DNA of 64,000 nt from NCBI GenBank assembly GCA_043817235.1, contig JBDRHA010000006.1, forward strand, positions 78,401 through 142,400, written 5' to 3'. Made by a program: the position numbers and the translations under genes. Of this stretch, positions 10,739 to 18,089 are shown in pieces; positions within the stretch are counted from its first letter, which is position 1; the number at the start of each line of letters is the position of its first letter. The notes beneath the pieces are model-generated. The model saw nothing but the letters and a program-made list of their open reading frames with translations. It was not told the DNA's origin and did not search any database. Source of the stretch: Candidatus Shapirobacteria bacterium. Its GTDB lineage: Bacteria > Patescibacteriota > Microgenomatia > UBA12405 > BS750m-G30.

Positions 10739-10924
10739 TCATGCGGAATCCTCCTCCTTTTCTTCTGGCGGTGGCTTGAAGGGCCACCAAATTCCTGTGG
10801 CTAGCAGAAGCCACAGGATGAGAAACGTCAATCCCAAAAGAGAACCGACGACTAGCCAAAAATCCGTCATGGTAGAAAGACGTTCGCCCATGAGACAGGC
10901 GGTTTCAACAAGAGTGAGACTCAT
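10739..10924 (-). CDS. Small single-TM protein (61 aa)
   Basis: AAGGAG SD; hydrophobic helix then PPP and acidic tail. Confidence 0.6.
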   Translation of the reverse strand: MSLTLVETACLMGERLSTMTDFWLVVGSLLGLTFLILWLLLATGIWWPFKPPPEEKEEDSA

Positions 10925-10935
10925 TTTGCACTCCT

Positions 10936-11103
10936 TTAGCAGTTTCTGGTCCAGTTGACGAAGCCGATGGCCACAAGGGCTATGCCGATCATGACTATCG
11001 GGAACGAAGATTTAGGCTCTCCAGGTCTTTCCCTGAGACTTAGGAAAAGGCCGACGATAATAGTCAATATCCCAGCGATGATGGTGAGTTGCGACGCAGT
11101 CAT
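10936..11103 (-). CDS. Small two-TM protein (55 aa; absent from the ORF track)
   Basis: AAGGAGG SD; MTASQLTIIAGILTIIVGLFLSLRERPGEPKSSFPIVMIGIALVAIGFVNWTRNC. Confidence 0.65.
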   Translation of the reverse strand: MTASQLTIIAGILTIIVGLFLSLRERPGEPKSSFPIVMIGIALVAIGFVNWTRNC

Positions 11104-11104
11104 C

Positions 11105-11305
11105 TTATCCTCCTTTTGTTGCAGTTAGAACTTGAAGAATAAAACCTGCTAGTAATACTAGCAGGCCGACCAAAAGGAAGAGCTCGCTTTCGAGCTCGAA
11201 CCTTTGGTTTTTCCCTCCCGTCACCCGGTAGATGACGGCGAAAATTAGGGCCAAAAAAACAAGCCCGCCTCCGAAGACCATCAGAGCAATCGGGAAAAAG
11301 GTCAT
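11105..11305 (-). CDS. Small two-TM protein (66 aa)
   Basis: AAGGAGG SD; two hydrophobic helices. Confidence 0.65.
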   Translation of the reverse strand: MTFFPIALMVFGGGLVFLALIFAVIYRVTGGKNQRFELESELFLLVGLLVLLAGFILQVLTATKGG

Positions 11306-11389
11306 CTCGCCCTCCTTTTTGGGCTATCCGCATGATGTTAAAGTACTGAAACCTTTACCCGCGCGATTGCGAGCAATTTTTCAAATTAA

Positions 11390-11433
11390 CGGAATTATAC
11401 AGGAAAATAGAGAAGATGTGTAGTTATAGGATT
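11390..11433. repeat. 44-bp direct repeat, copy 2
   Basis: 40/44 identical to 9798-9841; abuts the GIY-YIG stop codon. Confidence 0.85.
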
Positions 11434-11696
11434 TATGAAGTATCTTTTAGATACCTATTTAACATGGATGTTATTGATCTTCTTCCATAGCCGCTTTTTA
11501 GATATATTTCTCTTTTTTTAGCATCAATTCTGTTTAGAAAAGCTTCGTAAAATATTAGTTTGTAGGGTAGGTAGGGTTTTGTGGCTTGGCTTTTGCCTTT
11601 ATTATGTTGGTTAAGTCGTTTAATTAAGTTGGTAGTATAGCCAATATATAAACTTTTATTTTTCTGACTCTGTAAGATGTATACGTAATAAAACAT
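11433..11696 (-). CDS. Small GIY-YIG nuclease (UPF0213/SLX1-like)
   Basis: YYVYIL...LYIGYT..L.KRL.QHN.G...AKKREIYLKSG; start taken as the ATG at 11696. Confidence 0.9.
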   Translation of the reverse strand: MFYYVYILQSQKNKSLYIGYTTNLIKRLNQHNKGKSQATKPYLPYKLIFYEAFLNRIDAKKREIYLKSGYGRRSITSMLNRYLKDTS

Positions 11697-11702
11697 GGCG
11701 AG

Positions 11703-11776
11703 ACGTAATAAATTGCTTTGCAATTTAAACGTCTCTGCAACGTTTAAATTTTCTTGACAAAGAAAATTTATTACGT
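11703..11776. repeat. Multi-hairpin palindromic element between tRNA-Ser and the GIY-YIG gene
   Basis: Outer ACGTAATAAATT/AATTTATTACGT with three overlapping inner hairpins sharing AAATT/AATTT boxes. Confidence 0.85.
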
Positions 11777-11778
11777 TG

Positions 11779-11862
11779 CGGAAGGGGAGGGATTCGAACC
11801 CTCAAGCCCCATTGGGGCGCCGGTTCTCAAGACCGGTGGAATAGCCGTTATCCGACCCTTCC
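11779..11862 (-). tRNA. tRNA-Ser(TGA)
   Basis: GGAAGGG/CCCTTCC-G acceptor, CCGGT-CTTGAGA-ACCGG, long variable arm, GGTTCGAATCC. Confidence 0.92.
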
Positions 11863-11901
11863 TAAACAAACTCTAAAAACAATCAAAAATTAGTCAGTTT
11901 T

Positions 11902-11976
11902 TGGTGTCCCCGGAGGGAATCGAACCCCCAGTTCCTCCTCCGCAGGGAGGTGTTTTATCCGTTAAACTACGGAGAC
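11902..11976 (-). tRNA. tRNA-Arg(GCG)
   Basis: CCTCC-CTGCGGA-GGAGG anticodon arm; GGTTCGATTCC; encoded CCA. Confidence 0.92.
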
Positions 11977-12035
11977 GGATTCTTTATTCTACTAAAAATA
12001 AGTAGCATTTAGCAAAGAAAATACAGTAAAATAAG

Positions 12036-12899
12036 GTGATTATGATTAGCGTGATTATTACGGCTTGCGAGGAAAAAGAAAGCATTAAAAAGGCGCTGGA
12101 GAGTTTTTTACCCCAAATAGGCTCCAAAGATGAGATAATTGTAGTTGCGCCGGACAAAGAAACTTTAGACACAGCAAGTAAAGCATCAAATAAAGTAACT
12201 ACAGTCACTGATAAGGGCAAGGGCAAACCAGCGGCTTTAAATTTAGCTTTAAGCAAAGCGAAGGGAAAGATTGTAATTCTTTCTGATGGTGATGTTTGGG
12301 TAAGTGACAAGAGTGTAAAATATTTAAAAGAAAAAATTACTGATTCGGGAATGGGAATAGTAAGTGGCCGGCCGGTTTCTTTAAATGATCGTAATACGGT
12401 TTTTGGTTTTTGGGCGTATGTTTTAACTCAAGTTGCGGATAGCATTCGGCGGGAAAAAGATAAAAAAAATGAGTATTTTGATGTTTCCGGCTATTTGCTA
12501 GCTGCCAAAAGGGGACTACTTCCTAATCTTCCGGAAAATGTTTTGGCGGATGACGTTTACTTGTCTCAAAAGGTGTTTTGTCAGGGATTGAAAACTGCCT
12601 ATGCTCCCAAAGCTCGAGTTTACATTAAATATCCGACTAATTTTAAAGATTGGTTTAAGCAAAAAATCAGATCCGCTGGGGGTGCTAGTGAGCTAGCTGA
12701 AGCTCAGGCACAGCCGATGCGTTCTTTTATTAAAGAAGCAAAGGGAATTAAGTATTTTTTGGGTTTGCCGCAAAACGGAAAAGAGTGGTTTTGGCTGGCA
12801 AGTTTATTTTTGGCCCGCGCCGGTCTTTGGCTGCTGATTTTTATTAAACACGGAATTTTAAAAAGAAAAACTTGGCCACGGGTGGAGAGCACAAAATAG
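12036..12899 (+). CDS. Glycosyltransferase family 2
   Basis: SVIITA, GKPAALN, LSDGD, ADD, QKIR (QxxRW-like) motifs. Confidence 0.88.
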   Translation: MIMISVIITACEEKESIKKALESFLPQIGSKDEIIVVAPDKETLDTASKASNKVTTVTDKGKGKPAALNLALSKAKGKIVILSDGDVWVSDKSVKYLKEKITDSGMGIVSGRPVSLNDRNTVFGFWAYVLTQVADSIRREKDKKNEYFDVSGYLLAAKRGLLPNLPENVLADDVYLSQKVFCQGLKTAYAPKARVYIKYPTNFKDWFKQKIRSAGGASELAEAQAQPMRSFIKEAKGIKYFLGLPQNGKEWFWLASLFLARAGLWLLIFIKHGILKRKTWPRVESTK

Positions 12900-12913
12900 A
12901 TATATTGGTTTAT

Positions 12914-13171
12914 TTAACTTTTTGTACCCAAATTATCTAGTATTTTTCTTAGTTGTCTTCGCCCCCAAGAGGTTTTGAAATGACTTTCACGACTAAAAGC
13001 CTCATGCTTATCTGCGTACTCTTCTTTATACCAGAGGATAAATGGAATTCTATTCTTTGTAGATTCTACTTGACCTGAGTTATGCAGCTTAATTCTTTTT
13101 TCTAAATCTTTTGTACATCCTACGTATGTTCTTTTATCTTTGATACTTTTAAGGACATAGACGGTATACAT
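12914..13171 (-). CDS. Small GIY-YIG nuclease (UPF0213/SLX1-like)
   Basis: YTVYVLKS...TYVGCT.DLEKR...HNSG...AFSRESHFKTSWGR. Confidence 0.9.
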   Translation of the reverse strand: MYTVYVLKSIKDKRTYVGCTKDLEKRIKLHNSGQVESTKNRIPFILWYKEEYADKHEAFSRESHFKTSWGRRQLRKILDNLGTKS

Positions 13172-13180
13172 ATTTCACTG

Positions 13181-13215
13181 CGCCCGTCTCTCCGCCTTTG
13201 GCGGAGGACGAGGCG
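13181..13215. repeat. GC hairpin between tRNA-Thr and the GIY-YIG gene
   Basis: CGCC-CGTC-TCTCCGCC-TTT-GGCGGAG-GACG-AGGCG. Confidence 0.8.
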
Positions 13216-13219
13216 AGGG

Positions 13220-13292
13220 AGCTGGGGGTGGGACTTGAACCCACAACCTAACGCTTACAAAGCGATTGCTCTGCCGATTGAGCTACCCCAGC
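13220..13292 (-). tRNA. tRNA-Thr(TGT)
   Basis: GCTGGGG/CCCCAGC-T acceptor; loop TT-TGT-AA; GGTTCAAGTCC. Confidence 0.93.
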
Positions 13293-13302
13293 AAGATAGT
13301 TT

Positions 13303-13411
13303 TGTCATCGCGAGTCCCGCAGTTGCGGGACGTGGCGATCCCCATGAAACTGCAAATCCCGCACGGAATTGCTTCGTCTCCCGATGTTACGTCGGGATCC
13401 TCGCAATGACA
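13303..13411. repeat. GTCAT...ATGAC palindromic repeat
   Basis: TGTCATCGCGAG...GCGATC...ATTGC...CTCGCAATGACA with nested CCCG-N-CGGG hairpins. Confidence 0.85.
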
Positions 13412-13486
13412 TGGACTTTGATAATTATATCAATTGAAAGAATAAAAGGAGGAGTGCTGGCCCCGCTGCGTCGGGTGCCTATAAAA

Positions 13487-13644
13487 TCTCGCCCGAAGGC
13501 ACTAGAAAAGATTTTCCTCGTTAGAGAAAAAGTGGGTGGACTGCTCCCCGTCGCCAAGGCTATGGGGAGACTCCGTCCTCCCGAAAAAGATTTCGTGGAG
13601 GAAAAACTTCTTTCCTAGTTGTTAAAGCCTTTATCAGGCGAGAC
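13487..13644 (-). ncRNA. ssrS: 6S RNA-like non-coding RNA
   Basis: Rod fold with a ~15x14-nt central bubble and a GGGAG.../...CACCCAC inner stem; G-U pairs work only on the minus strand; own sigma70 promoter. Confidence 0.7.
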
Positions 13645-13650
13645 AATTCT

Positions 13651-13679
13651 ATTTTAGATTGTTGTTGTCTCCTTGTCAA
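13651..13679 (-). promoter_or_regulatory. Sigma70-type promoter of the 6S-like RNA
   Basis: TTGACA-17 nt-TAAAAT on the minus strand. Confidence 0.7.
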
Positions 13680-13698
13680 GTAGCATCTTTCCTGCTTA

Positions 13699-13727
13699 TT
13701 GACAAGCAAAAAAATAAATCTTAAACT
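13699..13727 (+). promoter_or_regulatory. Sigma70-type promoter of the rrf2-isc operon
   Basis: TTGACA-17 nt-TAAACT, back to back with the 6S-like promoter. Confidence 0.6.
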
Positions 13728-13753
13728 AAGACTATTATGGTATTAGTTTTTAA

Positions 13754-14140
13754 ATGCTGACGATAAAGAGGCAAACAGAGTATGCTGTTTTTTTGATTCA
13801 TTATCTTCATTGTCAAAACAAGGAAGTCTCTTTAAAGTTGGTGAGCGAGGCAACCAGCCTTTCTTTGCCTTTGCTGGGGAAAGTAGCCAGTAGATTAGTG
13901 GAAGCTGATATCTTGGCGAGCAAAGAGGGGAAGGGGGGCGGATATCGACTAAAAAAACCTTTAAAAAAAATTACTTTGAAAGAAATAATGGATATTTTTG
14001 AAACCAAAAGAAGAATTGTTTCTTGTTTTGCTGATGAGCAGAGCTGCATTGCCGACTGCCGCCTGAAAAGTTTTTGGCACAAGGTAGAAAAGGACTTAGA
14101 AAAGAGGCTGGGCCGAATTAGATTAAGCAAAATGCTTTGA
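13754..14140 (+). CDS. Rrf2-family (IscR-like) regulator
   Basis: wHTH, SKEGKGGGYRL, three C-terminal Cys; upstream of iscSU. Confidence 0.88.
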   Translation: MLTIKRQTEYAVFLIHYLHCQNKEVSLKLVSEATSLSLPLLGKVASRLVEADILASKEGKGGGYRLKKPLKKITLKEIMDIFETKRRIVSCFADEQSCIADCRLKSFWHKVEKDLEKRLGRIRLSKML

Positions 14141-15324
14141 AGATGAAGAAAAAAAGAAGAGTTTATTTAGATTATGCCGCTACTGTTCCGGTTTTTCCTG
14201 AAGTAGTTCAGGCTATGGCTTCTTATTGGACTACTAAATTTGGCAACCCTTCTTCAGTTCATTATTTGGGTCAGGAAGCGCGGTTGGCTATAGATCAGTC
14301 TCGGGCGAAGATCGCCGGGCTTTTGCACTGCTCTCCTTCGGAAATTATTTTTACCGGCACAACAACAACCAGTGTTAATTTAGCTCTTCAGGGGACGGCT
14401 TTAGCTTTGCAGGGAAAGGGGAATCACCTGATAACCAGCAGGATTGAGCACCAGGCGGTTTTGGCGACAGTGAAAGGACTAGAAAGAAGTGGATTTACGA
14501 ATACTTTAATAGGTGTCGATCAATACGGACAAATAAATTTAAGCAATTTAGAAAAAGCAATTAATAAAGATACTATTATAGTAAGCACGATGTATGCTAA
14601 TAATGAAGTGGGAACTATTCAACCGATTAAAAAAATTGCCCGGATTGTTCGCCAAAAAGAAGAAGAATTACAAACGAAAATATATTTTCATGTGGATGGA
14701 GCGGCGTGCGTGGGCTGGCTGGACTTAAATTTGGACAGGCTGGATGTTGATCTTTTTACCCTTGGAGCGCATAAATTCGGCGGGCCAAAAGGAATCGGCC
14801 TTTTATATGCCAAAAAGGGAACACCGATTAAACCGGTTCTTTTTGGCGGGCATCATGAAGCTGGTTTATGGCCGGGCACGGAAGCTGCGCCTTTAATTGT
14901 AGGTATGGCGAAAGCTTTGGAAATTACTTTGGATAAAAGAAAAACGGTTGAGCCTAAGGCTAGAAAACTGCAAGACCTGCTAATTAAGGGAATGCTTCAA
15001 GTTCCCCAGGCGGAACTTACAGGGCATCCAGAAAATAGACTGGCCGATATTGCTAGTTTTATTATTAAAGGAGTAGAAGGCGAAGCATTGCTTTTGTATT
15101 TATCTGATAAGGGGATTGCTGCTTCTTCGGGAAGCGCCTGTACTTCGGGCGAGCTTAAGCCTTCGCATGTTTTACTTGCGATGGGCATCCAGCCGGAATT
15201 GGCTCATGGCTCACTGCGCTTTTCTTTAGGAGCGGAAACCAGTAAAGAAGATATTGATTATGTTCTTGCTGTTTTGCCCAAAGTGGTAGAAAAATTAAGG
15301 AAAATTAGGAAGGGAATCAGATAA
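14137..15324 (+). CDS. iscS: Cysteine desulfurase
   Basis: YLDYAAT, GNPSS, NNEVGT, HKFGGPKG, SSGSACTS. Confidence 0.95.
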   Translation: MKMKKKRRVYLDYAATVPVFPEVVQAMASYWTTKFGNPSSVHYLGQEARLAIDQSRAKIAGLLHCSPSEIIFTGTTTTSVNLALQGTALALQGKGNHLITSRIEHQAVLATVKGLERSGFTNTLIGVDQYGQINLSNLEKAINKDTIIVSTMYANNEVGTIQPIKKIARIVRQKEEELQTKIYFHVDGAACVGWLDLNLDRLDVDLFTLGAHKFGGPKGIGLLYAKKGTPIKPVLFGGHHEAGLWPGTEAAPLIVGMAKALEITLDKRKTVEPKARKLQDLLIKGMLQVPQAELTGHPENRLADIASFIIKGVEGEALLLYLSDKGIAASSGSACTSGELKPSHVLLAMGIQPELAHGSLRFSLGAETSKEDIDYVLAVLPKVVEKLRKIRKGIR

Positions 15325-15707
15325 TGTATACCAAAAAATTAATGGATCATTTTCGAAGCCCGCGCAACCTAGGGGAAATCAAAAACCCCGATAGTTTTGC
15401 TCAAATAGGCAATCCAGTTTGTGGAGATGTAATGAAAATATACTTAAATTTTGTGAAAAACAAAAAAGGAGAGGACTTAATTAAAGATATTAAATTCCAA
15501 ACTTTAGGGTGTGCGGCGGCTATTGCTACTACTAGTGCTTTAACAGAGTTAGCTAAAGGCAAAACTTTAAAAGAGGCCTTAAAAATAGACCGAGGCAAAA
15601 TTGCTAAACATTTAGGTGGCCTTCCGCCGATAAAACTTCATTGTTCGGTTTTAAGCCAGGAAGTATTAAAAAAGGCAATCAAAAAATGGCAGAAAAAATC
15701 TCTTTAA
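15324..15707 (+). CDS. iscU: Fe-S scaffold IscU/NifU
   Basis: GNPVCGD, GCAAAIA, LPPIKLHCS. Confidence 0.93.
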   Translation: MYTKKLMDHFRSPRNLGEIKNPDSFAQIGNPVCGDVMKIYLNFVKNKKGEDLIKDIKFQTLGCAAAIATTSALTELAKGKTLKEALKIDRGKIAKHLGGLPPIKLHCSVLSQEVLKKAIKKWQKKSL

Positions 15708-15946
15708 ATACCAAATTGATTACTATTTTAGAAAAATATCCGAAATCTTCTAGATTTTTAATGGAAAAGTATAATCTTCATTGTTTCGGCTGTGCTTTGG
15801 CTTCTTTGGAAACTATTGGCCAGGGTTTAGGAGCGCATGGCCTTAATAAAAAGGAGATTCTAAAAATAGTGGAAAAACTAAATAATTTGGCCGATACTGG
15901 GGAAAAGAAGGGAAAGAATAAAGTTAATCGCCGACCCAAGAGTTAA
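15686..15946 (+). CDS. DUF1858 / hybrid-cluster-associated redox disulfide domain protein
   Basis: LEKYP...LHCFGC.LASLETI...AHG; start taken at ATG 15686. Confidence 0.8.
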   Translation: MAEKISLNTKLITILEKYPKSSRFLMEKYNLHCFGCALASLETIGQGLGAHGLNKKEILKIVEKLNNLADTGEKKGKNKVNRRPKS

Positions 15947-16489
15947 GCTCAAAAGCGAATCCTGGCTTCCCAAAGGAAGAAAAAAAAGTATTAAAATAAT
16001 TAAGCCGTATTGATTTAATACTTGCCTCCATTCATCGGCAAGGTCAGCCGGGAGTAGCCCTAAAAATATTTTTGAGCCATCTAAAGGGCCAATAGGAAGA
16101 AGATTAAAAATCCCCAGACCTAGATTCATAATCGCCAGGGTAACAATAAATAAATAAAGCTCGTAGGGCATAAATGAGAAGAGCCGAGAAATAAGGGCTA
16201 AAAAGAGGACCATGATGATGTTGCTCGCCGGGCCGGAAAGAGCAATGAGTGCTTCATCTTTACGGGGATTTTTAAGATTATAAGGATCAATGGGAACCGG
16301 TTTGCCCCAGCCAAAGTGGAACAAAAGTAAAGCTAGGGTACCGAGCGGGTCAAGGTGAGCAAAAGGATTTAAAGTAAGCCGCCCGCTTAAGCGGGGAGTG
16401 GGGTCGCCCAATCGGTCGGCCATTTTTGCATGGGCATATTCGTGAATAGATAAAGCAATAAGTAAAGCGGCGGCAAAATAAAAAAACAT
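15878..16489 (-). CDS. Site-2 protease (M50)
   Basis: HEYAH, GDPTP, NLLPIGPLDG. Confidence 0.92.
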   Translation of the reverse strand: MFFYFAAALLIALSIHEYAHAKMADRLGDPTPRLSGRLTLNPFAHLDPLGTLALLLFHFGWGKPVPIDPYNLKNPRKDEALIALSGPASNIIMVLFLALISRLFSFMPYELYLFIVTLAIMNLGLGIFNLLPIGPLDGSKIFLGLLPADLADEWRQVLNQYGLIILILFFLPLGSQDSLLSLTLGSAINFILSLLFPSIGQII

Positions 16490-16594
16490 AGCTTAAATTA
16501 AGAAAAACTGTTTGCAAAACACTAACACGGCTGATATAGTATAGTATACAAGTTAAATAATGGGTAGTAAACCCCAATTGGGATATTTTCAAAA

Positions 16595-16861
16595 ATGGCA
16601 AGATGCAAAGTTTGCGGCAAAGGAACAACTATTGGCAGAACAAGCAAGCACCACCGTGGCGTGACTTCTCGGCAGTTTAGCAATCGGGCGCCGAAAAAAA
16701 GCCGGACTTTTAAAGCCAACATTCAAAAAACAACTGTTCGGGTGGGGGGATTAAAGCTGAAGCTTCGCCTTTGCGCCAATTGTTTGAAGAAGATGAAAAA
16801 AGAGGCTAAAAAAGAAGCGGTTAAAGCTCCTCAGACTTCAAAAAATCAGAAAAAGAAATAG
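16595..16861 (+). CDS. rpmB: 50S ribosomal protein L28
   Basis: ARCKVCGK...RTFKANIQK...LCANCLK. Confidence 0.9.
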   Translation: MARCKVCGKGTTIGRTSKHHRGVTSRQFSNRAPKKSRTFKANIQKTTVRVGGLKLKLRLCANCLKKMKKEAKKEAVKAPQTSKNQKKK

Positions 16862-17672
16862 GCTTTTTCCCCTCCAGCTGTACTTGATCAATAATTAATC
16901 TTCCTTCTTTTAGATGCGTTTTTAGGATTTTTAATCTTTTTTCTTGATTATCTATTTTAATCTTAGTATATATTCCTGGCCAGGGGGCATAGGCTCTTCT
17001 TTTTAAATCTATTTCTTTACTCATTTCTTTTAAACTTAGACAGCCGTCTTCTTTCTTGATCATTTTGGTAAAAGTAGCTTGGGAGTGATTTTGAGGACGG
17101 GGTTTTATTTTTTCGGCCAAATATTTTTTGATTATTTGAGGAAGTTTTTGACTGGCGAAATTAAATAAGCGCTGATAAAGCTCGCCGGCTGTATCTTGGG
17201 GAAGTATTTTTTCTCTAAATTGGGCTAAAATTGGACCGTGGTCGCAAAGGGCATCCATTTTAATAAAAGTTACTCCGGTAATTTTTTCTTGATTAAGAAT
17301 TGCTGCTTGAGCAGGGGAGGGGCCGCGATATTTAGGGAGCAAAGAAGGGTGAATATTAATAATTCCGCGGGAAAAGAGATTTAGCCAAAGCTTTGGAATA
17401 ATCTTGCCGTAAACACAGCAAACTCCTAATTTAAAGCCAGGGCTAACCTTGTCATTGCGAGGAGGGAAGGTTTTTTGATCTAATTTATCCGGTTTAATAA
17501 TTTTTAAGTTCTTTTTTTGAGCAAAATCAGCAAGGGGACTGGGGGTTAATTTTAAGCCGCGGCCGGCCGGCCGATCAGGAGCAGCCACTACTAGTATCCT
17601 ATAGTCATGTTTAAGTAAAGATACTAAGCAGGGAATCGAATATTCACTTGACCCAAAAAAGACTAAGCTCAT
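16821..17672 (-). CDS. fmt: Methionyl-tRNA formyltransferase
   Basis: FFGS, PDRPAGRG, INIHPSLLPKYRGPSP, D.GPI. Confidence 0.93.
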   Translation of the reverse strand: MSLVFFGSSEYSIPCLVSLLKHDYRILVVAAPDRPAGRGLKLTPSPLADFAQKKNLKIIKPDKLDQKTFPPRNDKVSPGFKLGVCCVYGKIIPKLWLNLFSRGIINIHPSLLPKYRGPSPAQAAILNQEKITGVTFIKMDALCDHGPILAQFREKILPQDTAGELYQRLFNFASQKLPQIIKKYLAEKIKPRPQNHSQATFTKMIKKEDGCLSLKEMSKEIDLKRRAYAPWPGIYTKIKIDNQEKRLKILKTHLKEGRLIIDQVQLEGKKPISFSDFLKSEEL

Positions 17673-17704
17673 GATCTATTTTATCATTTGCTATTATTTT
17701 CCTG

Positions 17705-17799
17705 TGTCATTGCGAATCCCGATGGTTCTTTTAGCCATCGGGGCGTGGCAATCTTTCCAACGGGATTGCTTCCCCCGCAACGGCGGGGTCGCAATGACA
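17705..17799. repeat. GTCAT...ATGAC palindromic repeat
   Basis: TGTCATTGCGA...GGCAATC...GATTGC...TCGCAATGACA. Confidence 0.85.
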
Positions 17800-17823
17800 T
17801 AATCTCGTTTTCGGTCTTTCTAT

Positions 17824-17885
17824 TGACTTAATGTTTTAAAACATTAAGTCAGAATATTGTTTCGATGTATCGATACATCGAAACA
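17824..17885. repeat. Two adjacent perfect 28-bp palindromes
   Basis: TGACTTAATGTTTTAAAACATTAAGTCA (17824-17851) and TGTTTCGATGTATCGATACATCGAAACA (17858-17885). Confidence 0.9.
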
Positions 17886-18089
17886 TGCAGAAGAAATTAC
17901 TGATGAGCTTGCTATTATTGCCGCTAAGCAGCTACTAGAATCTTTAGAGAACACAGCGGCAGGAAAGCCGCCCGAATTTAACCCAGCCATAATCCGTTTA
18001 TTTGAACCTGCGCCAGTTTGTGAAAAATCTTCGTCAAGAGCAAGAAGACTTTGACAAAAAGCGAAAATTTATGTATAAGTTAGCTTATA

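Noticed and set aside
13533-13582. SRP RNA helix 8 (AGCAG present)
   Set aside because: No GNRA tetraloop or matching CAGG side; the overall fold fits 6S better
13235-13618. 127-aa plus-strand ORF
   Set aside because: Made of antisense tRNA, repeat and 6S-like RNA sequence
17857-18054. 65-aa ORF MFRCIDTSKH
   Set aside because: Its start lies at the edge of a palindrome; at best a gene remnant
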